A stretch of 64,000 nucleotides of DNA from an uncultured Solirubrobacterales bacterium (lineage in GTDB: Bacteria > Actinomycetota > Thermoleophilia > Solirubrobacterales > Solirubrobacteraceae): assembly GCA_963763715.1 (NCBI GenBank), contig CAVXPV010000020.1, positions 78,124 through 142,123 on the forward strand, in the 5' to 3' direction. The notes beneath the pieces were generated by a model that saw only the letters and a list, made by a program, of their open reading frames with translations, had not been told where the DNA came from and ran no database searches. Positions 29,752-39,079 of this stretch are shown here, piece after piece. The position numbers and the translations under genes are program-made. Every line of letters starts with the position of its first letter. The first letter of the stretch is position 1.

Positions 29752-30821
29752 CAGCGATCACCGCCCGAACCCGCGAACCCGCTCCAGGGAGCCTGCCCAT
29801 CCCCGAGCACCTGTGCCTCGCCCTCGCAGAACACGCCCTCGAGCACGCCGTCGCCGGCGGGCATCGGACCGGCCAGCGCCTCGACCGCGGCTGCCTCGAT
29901 CTCAGCCGCGACCGACGCCCGCAGCTCATCGACATCGACCCCGAGCGCCCGCAACCGCTTCTCCTGGCGGTCGATCGGATCGCGGGCGCGCCACTCCTCG
30001 ACCTGCTCCTTGGGCACGTACTTCATGTCGTCGTGAGCGGCGTGTCCGTGCATGCGCATCGTGACCGCCTCGATCAGCGTCGGGCCGTCCCCGGCCACCG
30101 CGCGGGCCCGGGCCTCGCGGGTGGCGTCGAACATAGCTTCGGCGTCGTTGCCGTCAACCGTCACCCCGGCGAACCCGTAGGCATCGGCGCGCTTGACCGG
30201 ATCGACCGCGAACTGCTTGTCCAGGGGAGTCGAATAGGCGTACTGGTTGTTCTCGAGCACGAACACGACCGGCAGTCGCTGCACCCCGGCCCAGTTCATC
30301 GCCTCGTGGAAGTCACCCCGGGAGGTGGACCCGTCACCGAACCAGGTCAGCGCGCACCGGGCCTCGCCGCGCAACTTGAACGCCATCGCCATGCCGGTGG
30401 CGACGAGCATCATGTCGGGCAGCATCGAGACCATCCCGACGCATCCGAGTGCGGCGTCGCCGAAGTGCACGTTTCCGTCGCGCCCCGCGGTGATGCCCCC
30501 GGCCCGGCCCATGTACTGGGCGAGGATGCGCGTCGGGGTGACGCCGCGGATGAGGTGGGCGGCAAGGTCCCGGTGCAGGATGCACAGGCGGTCCTCGGGA
30601 CCCATCGCGAAGGCCGCGCCCGCGGACACCGCCTCCTGGCCGTAGCCGTCATAGAAGGAGCCGGGGACCTTGCCCTGGCGGTACAGGCTCATCGCGCGCT
30701 CCTCGATGCCCCGCATGAGGAGCATCGCGCGATGCAGCTCGATCCGGTCGGTCAGCTGCAGATACTCGTGCTCACCAACGTCTCCGTCAGCCGCGGCGAG
30801 CGAAGCCGTGTCAGTCGCCAT
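29751..30821 (-). CDS. 2-oxoacid dehydrogenase E1 alpha subunit (TPP-dependent)
   Basis: GQEA, GDGSTSRGDFHEAMN...ENNQYA, RMHGHAAHDD. Confidence 0.93.
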   Translation of the reverse strand: MATDTASLAAADGDVGEHEYLQLTDRIELHRAMLLMRGIEERAMSLYRQGKVPGSFYDGYGQEAVSAGAAFAMGPEDRLCILHRDLAAHLIRGVTPTRILAQYMGRAGGITAGRDGNVHFGDAALGCVGMVSMLPDMMLVATGMAMAFKLRGEARCALTWFGDGSTSRGDFHEAMNWAGVQRLPVVFVLENNQYAYSTPLDKQFAVDPVKRADAYGFAGVTVDGNDAEAMFDATREARARAVAGDGPTLIEAVTMRMHGHAAHDDMKYVPKEQVEEWRARDPIDRQEKRLRALGVDVDELRASVAAEIEAAAVEALAGPMPAGDGVLEGVFCEGEAQVLGDGQAPWSGFAGSGGDR

Positions 30822-30954
30822 CTGGGTTGTTTCCCTTTCCTCGGTGATCGGCGCGGGATCTCCGTGCGATCGCTGTCTCGAGCGGCGACGGGATCTCCGT
30901 CGGCACTCGTTCCGGAAGCCGATCGTACCTGACTGCCGCGGTTACCCTGAGAGG

Positions 30955-31548
30955 ATGGACGGAGGCCTGCTCGCGCGTTTGCGCTGGCGCCGCAGCGGCG
31001 CCTGGATGTGGCCCACGTTCGTGGTCGTGACCGTGATCGACGGGGTGATTGTGCACACCCGTCCGATGGCGGGGGACGGTCAGAGCCTGATCGGTGGGGT
31101 CGTCATCGCGATGGTCTTCAACGTAATCGCGATCCTGCTGCTGTCACGGCCGTTCGGGGCGCTGGTGCGCCGCCGCCGGACCGACATGCCCCCGATCGTC
31201 GCCCGGGACTACGGCGGGACCGCGGCGGTCGGCCTGGTCACGCTGATCATGCTCAGCGCCGGCTCGCCCACCACGCCGCACTGAGTGACGAGCAGCACAC
31301 CCTGCGCGAGGCGATCGTCCGCGCCGAGGCGTACATCGGCGATCGGGCGCCGGACGCCGTTTCGGGCCATGGCCGGCCACACGGACACGTACACGATCCA
31401 GGCGGGCCAGATCTACCGCACCTGCGTTCCCGACCGCACCCGGACCCGGACCTACTGCGTGATCGTCAAGCCGCGCATGCCGCTGACCGAGAGCGTCGTG
31501 TTTGCGGGGTACGAACCCAATGCGGTGTTCGCCCAGGGCACCAACTAG
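30955..31548 (+). CDS. Hypothetical membrane protein (frameshifted)
   Basis: Three TM segments from MDGGLLARLRW, then a C-terminal part with YRTCVP..YCVIV in other frames. Confidence 0.6.
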
Positions 31549-31952
31549 CCGATCGGCTCGAGCTCGACCGGCAGCCGGAACAGCGAGGCAAAGCGAAGGG
31601 CCAGGAAGGGATCGCCAGTGAGTTCGAAGCGGCCGCTCGACATCAGCTCGGGCCAGCTCGCGACGCCGCCGGCGAGGCGGATGAGATCGTCGGAGGCGAC
31701 CCGCGCCCGCGCGCCCGGCCGGTCGGCGGCCCCCGCGCGGACCCGGCAGGCCCCATCGGCAACCGCCAACGCAAACCGCGCCGGCTCGCCGCCCCGCGGA
31801 TCGGGGATCGCGAGCTCGAGCACCGCCGACAGCGGATCCTCGGGGGCCACGAAGCGCCCCGCGAGCGCTCGCGGCAGCGCCCGCAGCACGATCCGGTGAA
31901 ACCACCCGATCCGGTCCAGGCGCGCGACTGCCTCCATCAGCCGGGCCTTCAC
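31545..31952 (-). CDS. SCP2 sterol/lipid-binding domain protein
   Basis: FALAVADGACRV..GA...DDLIRLAGG..MSSGRFELTGDPFLALRF pattern; GTGA overlap with the SDIMO fusion gene. Confidence 0.8.
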   Translation of the reverse strand: MKARLMEAVARLDRIGWFHRIVLRALPRALAGRFVAPEDPLSAVLELAIPDPRGGEPARFALAVADGACRVRAGAADRPGARARVASDDLIRLAGGVASWPELMSSGRFELTGDPFLALRFASLFRLPVELEPIG

Positions 31953-34292
31953 GACAGCAGGTGCTCCATCGCCTCGGTGGGGTCTGAGAACAGCATCAGG
32001 GCGTCGTCGGTGGCGACCATCCGCCCGTAGTGTGTCGACATCTCGTGCTGGATGGAGTACGCGTCGATCGCGTAGCCGAGCTCCTCGGAGATCTCGTCGT
32101 AGGGGATGACCAGCCGATCGCGGGCCCGGATGTCCCAGAACGCGGCCTGCTCGATGACCTCCGCGCGCGAGGCCATGAACCTGGCCACGGCGTCGCCCTC
32201 GGCCGACTTGGCCATCACGATCCCGACGAAGTCATAGCCGCCCACGTTGTCGGGGGGTGATTCCGCTTGCCGGGCCGACGCGAGCGGGCCGGGCCCGCCA
32301 CTCGCGGCCCGAGACGCGGGCCGTGCGGACTCCGTGACCGCCAGCGCGGCCGCGAGCACCTGCTCGCTGTAGGCGCCGACCCGCTCCGCGGCCGGGTCGA
32401 TCGCCACCGCAGCCGCCCGGGCCGCCGGCAGCCAGTCGGCCAGCCAGCCGTCGATCACCGCGCGGTTGTGCGCGCCGTGGACCGAGTCGGAGACGAGAAA
32501 TTGAGCCCAGGGCCTCTGACCAGCGCCGGGACCACTCCCACTCCTGGGTCGCCGCGCGGGCCAGGACCGGGGTGACGCTATCGCCGTGCCTGGCGGCGGC
32601 CCGGGTGCCGAGCTCGCGGCGGATCAGCGTGCCCACGGTCGGCTCGAAGGCGAGGTTGGCCGCGACCAGCACCTCGCCCCAATCGGGGGTGGCGGCCAGG
32701 CGCTCGAGGAAGCGGCGGGTCGGCTGCCAGGCGGGATCGGTCAGGAAATGCTCGCGCGCGGGGGCGATCGGGAATTCCCGGCCGAGGTGGGCCTCGAGGT
32801 CCATCGCGTAGAGCACGATCGCCTGCGCGGAACGCTGCTTGTGGGCGGCCTGCAGGCACACGCAGGTGGCGACGGTGTCCGACAGGCAGTCCCGCGCCGC
32901 GGTGGCCAGCGCAAACCACAGCCCGTGCTCGACGAAGGCCGGGATCTGCAGCGACTCACCCAAGTAGGTGACCCACTCGGGATCGAGATCGTCCATCAGG
33001 CCCTGCTCGGCGGCGGAGGCCAGGGCGCCCTCGATCTGGTGCTCGACGGCGGTGCCGGACCGATAGAAGGTCCGCTCCCACTGCTCGCCGGGATCGCGGA
33101 AGGCAAACCAATCGGTGCTGCGCAGCGCGGTCGAGGCGTCATTCCAGGTCCCGCGACCATCCTCGAAGGACACCGGCCACCCCCGCGTCAGATGGCGGTG
33201 GATCGAGGGCTGGGTGTCGACGGTCACGTCCTCGTACAGGGTCGCGCGCCGGGCGGCGGGCGCAAACCAGTTGAAGTCGCGCTCGGAGATCGCCCGCTCG
33301 CTCGGTCCCTCGGCCTGCGCGGGCGCATCGGCGGAGGTGGTGAAGCGGTCCTGGAAGATCCGGTCCTCGTCGACGCCGCGGCCGCGGAGCACGGCGTGGA
33401 CGGCATCGAGCATCGGCGGCGGCCCGCACATGTACACGTCGGGGTCAGACAGCTCCTCGTCGATCGCCTCGTGCACGAAGCGCCCGGTCACCGGCGTGTA
33501 GCGAAAGTCGGCCAGCCGCTTGCCGAGCGCGGCGATCTCCTGCGCGCAGAACAGGTCGCGCTGCTCGCGTGCGCCGTAGTAGAAGCGCACCGGGCGCTCG
33601 CACCGTTCGGCGGCGAGCTGGCGCAGCACGCCGAGCACCGGCGCCATCCCCGAGCCGCCGGCCACCATCAGGATCGGACGCGCCGAGCGCCGCAGGTGGA
33701 AGTTGCCGTACGGCCCGGTCACCCGCAGCTGAGAATCCATCTGGATCTGATTCCCAAGTTGGGAGGAGAGTCGGCCACCCGGGTAGCGCTTGATCATCAG
33801 CTCGATCGTCTTCGTGTCCGGAAGGCTGGCGATCGAGAACGAGCGGGTGATGGCCTCGGCGCCTGGCACGTGCACGTCGACGTACTGGCCGGGACGCCAG
33901 CCGAAGTCCGCCGGCACCGCCAGTGTCACCCCGACGATGTCGTGCGTCAGCTCGCGCAGCTCGGTGACCGTCGCTTCCACCTCCCGGATCGCGTTCTCGA
34001 GGCGATAGTTGTCAGGGTCGAAGTGCAGCAGCTCGATGACCAGGTCGGTCTCGGGCCGCGCGCGGCACATGAGCGCGTAGCCGTTGGCGCGCTCGGTGTC
34101 CGACAGCGCGAAGTTGGAATAGCGCTCGAGGTCGGTCGAGCCCTCCAGCACGAAGCACTTACAGGCCGAGCACTGCCCCTCACGGCAGCCGTGGGCCAGC
34201 GCGTAGCCCGAGCGAAAGGCGGCGTCAAGGACCGTCTCGTCCGGGCCGCACTCGATGCTCTCGCCGAGTGGCTCGAAGCGGACGCGGGTCAC
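31949..34292 (-). CDS. SDIMO fusion protein: [2Fe-2S]/FAD/NADH reductase + hydroxylase beta subunit + MmoB/DmpM coupling protein (one +1 indel at ~32506-32508)
   Basis: Reductase: GCREGQCSAC, LMC, RSFS, AGGSGMAP, YMCGPPPM. Beta: RRATLYEDVTVDTQP, WFAFRDP..WER, DWGE, HNRAVIDGWLADW. Coupling: VGIVMAKS..EISEELG..EMSTHYGRMV. About 780 aa after correction. Confidence 0.85.
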
Positions 34293-35914
34293 AGGATCGA
34301 GGCGGCGAGCTCGAACGGCACCGCCCCGTCTGAACTCGGAACGCCGGAGTGGTCGCCGGAGGGCAGCCCGAGCTCTGAGGCGACGCGGATGTTCGGGCTC
34401 TGCAGGATCAGGTCGTGCCTGCGGATGTCCGACAGGGTCCACTGGCGCGGGCCGCCCTCGCCCCGGTGCAGGTGCGGCTGGCCGATCAGGGTCTCGCCGT
34501 CGGTGCGCACAAACCCGAGGTCCTCGATCACCTGGGAGGCCTCCCAGCCGTCGTAGCGGTCCAGGTAGTTGCGGTCGCCGGTGTAGCGCCCGGGGTTCGA
34601 CTCATCCAGCCAGCGGCACTCCGCCGAGCAGTAGAAGCGGGTGCGCTCGCCGACGATCCGGTGGCGGCGGTCGGCCTCCTCCACGCACAGGCCCTGGCAG
34701 GTCCAGCAGAACGGCGGCGCCATGTTGATGAAGTCCAGCGGCAGAAAACCCGAGTCGGGATCGATGCCCCGGCGAAAGGCCTCCCAGAACGCGCCGTACT
34801 TGGAGTACCAGCCCGGGTAGTGGCGCTCGAACCACTCGAAGTCGCGTTCGTCCATCGGGTCAAAGCGCCAGAAGGACAGCGGCCAGGACGCGAAGGCGAG
34901 GATCGCGTGGCGGTGATGGATGCCGTTGACGATCCGCTCGCGGGCGCGCTCGAACATGTCGGTCGGGATGTTCAGGCCGAGCTTTGAGAGCTTGCCGATG
35001 TACGCCCGGTGCCAGTCGTCGCGCACCCAGCGGTCCCACTTGTCCAGGAAGCATTCGGGATCGGTGCGGTCGCGGGAGAAATACTCGATCACCACCGCGG
35101 AGAAGATGTCGATGAAGGCGTGGTTGATCCAGAACGCCTGCTGCAGGTCGCGCTCGATCAGCGGCGCGTTGTGGTCGTCCTGTAGCACCGTGAGCAGGGT
35201 CGCGTAGCCGTTGGAGATGTGGCGGGCCTCGTCGGACTGCACCGACAGGTAGGTGGTCGGCAGCGTGAAGTCGCCGTTGCGGGCGGCGACATCCGGCGTG
35301 GCCACGAAGACGATGTTGGTGAAGGCCGTCTCGGCCACCACCTGCAGCGTGAACGCGCACTGGATCGGGTCCCCGACGATGAAATGGCTGAGCATGTTCA
35401 GCCCCGGATTGGTCAGCACCGAGCCCGACATCGCCTTGGGTCCGAGATGCCAGCCGGCCGGGTCCGGGACGTTCTTGGCGTACCAGCGGGCGAGGGCCAT
35501 CTGCAGCCCGGTGTGGCGGATCTCATCGACGAACTGGACGTGGTAGCCGTTGCGCAGCTCGTTGTTGGGGACCGCGCTCATCAGCATTGACATGCAGCGC
35601 CCGGCCGCGACCTCGGCATAGTTGGTGATCACGATGAATGGCTTGAGGATCTCCAGCCAGCGCTCGTGCGCGGTGTTGGGCATATCCGCGCGGATCGCCG
35701 CGTCGTGGCCGCCGTAGACGCGCTCGTCCTTCTCAAGCTCCATCGGCAGGTACTCGCGCATGATGTGGCGCATCGGGTCCTTGGCCTTGTTCGGGAACCG
35801 GTAGCGCGTCGGGTAGCGGACGGCGGGCTGGTGGTAGTCGGGCTCCCAGCCGAGCTGGGCGATGCGGTCGTGGGTCTGGGTGATGCTCCGGCGGCGGGGG
35901 GCGGTTGCGCTCAT
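34289..35914 (-). CDS. Soluble di-iron monooxygenase hydroxylase alpha subunit (PrmA/MmoX family)
   Basis: Di-iron ligands YAE, DEIRH, VAETAFTN, QSDEARH; FEWFERHYPGW; C-terminal CWTC..FYCS..C; GQPHL. Confidence 0.95.
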   Translation of the reverse strand: MSATAPRRRSITQTHDRIAQLGWEPDYHQPAVRYPTRYRFPNKAKDPMRHIMREYLPMELEKDERVYGGHDAAIRADMPNTAHERWLEILKPFIVITNYAEVAAGRCMSMLMSAVPNNELRNGYHVQFVDEIRHTGLQMALARWYAKNVPDPAGWHLGPKAMSGSVLTNPGLNMLSHFIVGDPIQCAFTLQVVAETAFTNIVFVATPDVAARNGDFTLPTTYLSVQSDEARHISNGYATLLTVLQDDHNAPLIERDLQQAFWINHAFIDIFSAVVIEYFSRDRTDPECFLDKWDRWVRDDWHRAYIGKLSKLGLNIPTDMFERARERIVNGIHHRHAILAFASWPLSFWRFDPMDERDFEWFERHYPGWYSKYGAFWEAFRRGIDPDSGFLPLDFINMAPPFCWTCQGLCVEEADRRHRIVGERTRFYCSAECRWLDESNPGRYTGDRNYLDRYDGWEASQVIEDLGFVRTDGETLIGQPHLHRGEGGPRQWTLSDIRRHDLILQSPNIRVASELGLPSGDHSGVPSSDGAVPFELAASIL

Positions 35915-35982
35915 GCTGCGCACCCTACGCCTGTGTCACGAGTCGAATCTCTGGATTTCGGCAACGACTTGCGGCGGCCGGC

Positions 35983-35999
35983 TTGTCACAATCTGACAA
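35983..35999. promoter_or_regulatory. Inverted repeat TTGTCA-N5-TGACAA, candidate PucR-type operator
   Basis: Lies in the 84-bp divergent spacer and abuts the regulator ATG; a second TGTCAC is at 35934-35939. Confidence 0.6.
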
Positions 36000-37198
36000 T
36001 GGAAGCCAGCATTTGGCGCGCTGAGCAGCTCCCCCCGGAGGCGGTGGCCGCGGTTCGGGCTCAGCTGCCCGTCGTCGTCGACAACATCGTCGCGGCGGTT
36101 CGCGCCGACAGCCCGGTCTACGGCGAGGTGCTCGCCGGACCCGAGGGGATGGCGATCCGGGTCGGCATCGAGCAGGCCCACCGCGCCTTCCTGGCCGCGC
36201 TCGAGCAGGGGCGCCGTCCGGCCGGGGACACCGACGAGCTGTGGCGTGCCCTCGGCGAGGCCGAGTTCCAGTCCGGACGCAGCCTCGACGATCTGCGGGC
36301 CGCGTTTCGGATCGGCACCCGCGCGGCGTGGCGCGGCGCCGCCGAGCTCGCCCTCGACGCGGGGGTATCGGCCCCGGTGGCGATCGCCACCGCCGAGGCG
36401 ATCTTCGTCTACGCCGACGAGCTCGCGGCCGATGTCGTCGAGGGCTACCTGCGCATGCAGTCAGACGAGGCCGGGGAGTTCGAGCGTCGCCGCCGCCGGG
36501 TCGCCGCGCTCCTGCTCGAGCCCGATGGGCACGATCCACAGGCGCTGGCGCATGCCGCCGAGCTGGCCCGCTGGCCGGTCCCGCGCGCCCTCGCCGTGGT
36601 CGCGCTTGACGCCGACACCCCGTCGCCGGCCGCTCGCCGACACGAACTCGGCGCCCTGGCCGGAGCCGACGCCGACGGCGCCTGGCTGATCGTGCCCGAC
36701 CCCGACGGGCCGGGTCGTCCGGCGGCACTGGCCCGCGCCCTCGCCGGCCCGCCCGCCGATCAGGATGGTCGGCCGCGGGTGGCGCTCGGACCCTCGGTCG
36801 CGCCCGCCGCCGCCGCCCGCTCGCTGCAGTGGGCGCGGGCCGCGCTCGCGCTCGCCCGTGAGGGCCTGATCGCCGCCGACGGACTCGTGCGGGCTGACGC
36901 GCACCTGCCCGCGATGGTGATCCACCAGGACCGGGACCTTGCCGCGGCGCTGGCCGCGCGCGTCCTGGCCCCGCTCGACGAACTGCCGGCCGCCGAGCGG
37001 TCGCGCCTACGGGCGACCCTCCGGGCCTGGCTGGACCACCAGCGCCACACCCCGCAGGTCGCGGCCGCGCTGCATGTCCATCCCCAGACCGTGCGCTACC
37101 GGATGGCCAAGCTCTCAGAGCTGCTTGGGGACGCGCTCGAGACCCCGGACGGGCGGTTCGCGCTCGCCCTAGCGCTGCGGGCGGCTGGGCCGCGCTGA
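35999..37198 (+). CDS. PucR/CdaR-family transcriptional regulator
   Basis: C-terminal TLRAWL...VAAALHVHPQTVRYRM HTH; N-terminal GRSLDDLRAAFRIG. Confidence 0.9.
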   Translation: MEASIWRAEQLPPEAVAAVRAQLPVVVDNIVAAVRADSPVYGEVLAGPEGMAIRVGIEQAHRAFLAALEQGRRPAGDTDELWRALGEAEFQSGRSLDDLRAAFRIGTRAAWRGAAELALDAGVSAPVAIATAEAIFVYADELAADVVEGYLRMQSDEAGEFERRRRRVAALLLEPDGHDPQALAHAAELARWPVPRALAVVALDADTPSPAARRHELGALAGADADGAWLIVPDPDGPGRPAALARALAGPPADQDGRPRVALGPSVAPAAAARSLQWARAALALAREGLIAADGLVRADAHLPAMVIHQDRDLAAALAARVLAPLDELPAAERSRLRATLRAWLDHQRHTPQVAAALHVHPQTVRYRMAKLSELLGDALETPDGRFALALALRAAGPR

Positions 37199-37228
37199 CG
37201 CGCGGACCGGGGCCGCCCGGCGCGACGC

Positions 37229-38959
37229 CTACTCGGCGACCGGCGGAGGATAGACCTCGCGCACGTATTCGTCGACCTTCTCGTCGGGCAGGCGGCGGGA
37301 GACGGCCCAGTAGTAGATGACAAGGTTGAAGGCCGCGGACAGGGCAATCCCGCCCCACAGGCCGATCGCGTCGGTGCCGCCCTGGTCGAGGACGTTCTTG
37401 AAGATCCCGATACCGCCGATGATGCCGCCGGGACCGAAGTCGCTCAGGTAGGAGATGACGCCCATGCCGACCAGCCAGGTGAAGATCCACGGCATAGCGG
37501 CCCGATCCATCGTGGGCGCGTGCGGGTTACGACCCGAGCCGATCGAGGAGAAGATCAGCGCGTAGCCGAGCAGCATCGCCACCATCAGCGTTGTGTAGGT
37601 TTGCCAGCCGGAGAACAGGATCACCCAGCCGGCGCCGACGAAGGCGGCCGGCGCGAAGACTCCCGCGGCGGGCAGCCGGTAGGAGCGGGGCAGGTCCGGC
37701 TTCTGCTTGCGCAACGCTCCGAGGGCGATTGGGGCGCCGGCGTACATCAGCACCGACGCGCTGGTCACGATGCCGACGAGCTTGGACCAGCTCGGGAATG
37801 GCAGCAGGAACAGGACGCCGATGAGCGTGGCGACGATCACCCCGAACACCGGCACCTTGGCCGCGTTGACGCGCTCAAAGGCGGTCGGCAGATAGCCGTT
37901 GCGGGCCAGGCCGAACGACAGCCGTGCCGACGAGGTCTCGTACATGAGGCCCGTGCCGCCGGGGGAGACGACGGCGTCGATCCGCAGCACCGTGGCCAGC
38001 CACGCGATCCCCGCGACGCTCACCAGCGTGAAAAACGGGCCGGCGTTGAGGGCGAGGACCTGCGGGTTGGTGTTGGTGGTGCCGAGATTCGTCCAGCCGT
38101 GCTGGGACGCGAGCAGGTGCGGGTCCAGAGCGCCGATGAACGAAATCTGGAGAAGGATGTAGACCACCGCCCCGATCAGGATCGACAGGATTACCGCACG
38201 GGGGAGGTCCTTGCCCGGATTGGCCGATTCCCCGCCCAGCTGGACTGCCTGCTCGAAGCCCAGCAGCGAGAAGATGATCCCGGCCGGCAGGGTGAGCAGA
38301 ATGTTCTTGATCGCGTCATGACTGGTGAAGAAGCCGCCGCCGGCGTGGCCGAAGTTCGAACTGTGGAAGTGACCGATCAGCAGGACCAGGATGGTCACGA
38401 TCGGGATCGCCACCTTCCACGTGGTGATCGCGTTGTTGATCCGGGCGAAGGCGCGGATCCCGAACAGGTTGATGAGCACGAACAGCAGCATCAGGACCGC
38501 CGCCGCGATGTAGCCGGCTCCGTTCAGCGTGCCGCCCGAACCGGTATGGGTGACGTAGAAGTCACGCGCCCAGTGCGCGGTGGACAGGTACTGGATGGCG
38601 GCCAGTACCTCGATCGGGGCGACGCTCGCCGCCTGTAGGTACGAGGCCCACCCGAACGTTGCGCCGGCGAAGCTGCCGAACGCGTAGTGCGGGAAACGGC
38701 TCGTGCCGCCACTGACGGGAAACAGTCCACCCAACTCGGCGTGCACGAGCGCCAGCACGATGATGATGATCGAGCCCAGCACCCACCCGAGAATCGCCGA
38801 GGGTCCGGCGAGGGTCGCGGCACCCAGTGCGCCGAACAGCCAGCCCGAGCCGATGATCGACGTCTCTGAGGCCCACAGCAAGCCAAGGAATCCGACTTGG
38901 CGATTGAGTCCCTCAGCGTCGAGTTGTGCTTCCGGAGGCTTCGGCGCAGCTACGGACAT
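37229..38959 (-). CDS. APC-family amino acid permease
   Basis: SIIGSGWLF, AELGGLFPVSGG, GFEQAVQLGGE; many TM helices. Confidence 0.92.
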   Translation of the reverse strand: MSVAAPKPPEAQLDAEGLNRQVGFLGLLWASETSIIGSGWLFGALGAATLAGPSAILGWVLGSIIIIVLALVHAELGGLFPVSGGTSRFPHYAFGSFAGATFGWASYLQAASVAPIEVLAAIQYLSTAHWARDFYVTHTGSGGTLNGAGYIAAAVLMLLFVLINLFGIRAFARINNAITTWKVAIPIVTILVLLIGHFHSSNFGHAGGGFFTSHDAIKNILLTLPAGIIFSLLGFEQAVQLGGESANPGKDLPRAVILSILIGAVVYILLQISFIGALDPHLLASQHGWTNLGTTNTNPQVLALNAGPFFTLVSVAGIAWLATVLRIDAVVSPGGTGLMYETSSARLSFGLARNGYLPTAFERVNAAKVPVFGVIVATLIGVLFLLPFPSWSKLVGIVTSASVLMYAGAPIALGALRKQKPDLPRSYRLPAAGVFAPAAFVGAGWVILFSGWQTYTTLMVAMLLGYALIFSSIGSGRNPHAPTMDRAAMPWIFTWLVGMGVISYLSDFGPGGIIGGIGIFKNVLDQGGTDAIGLWGGIALSAAFNLVIYYWAVSRRLPDEKVDEYVREVYPPPVAE

Positions 38960-39079
38960 TCACCCTCCCATTGGTTTTGAGCTCGCAGATTGTCGGTGCA
39001 GTGCGTTGCGGACGTGTTAACGACGGCACTCTATGCCTGCATCCGCAGGAAGTGCAAATGGCCTCCCGACCCGATCCTG

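Noticed and set aside
31949-35914. Soluble methane monooxygenase
   Set aside because: No gamma subunit, MmoD or MmoG; gene order is prm-like; Gln sits at the position of MmoX Cys151 (DEIRHTGLQ).
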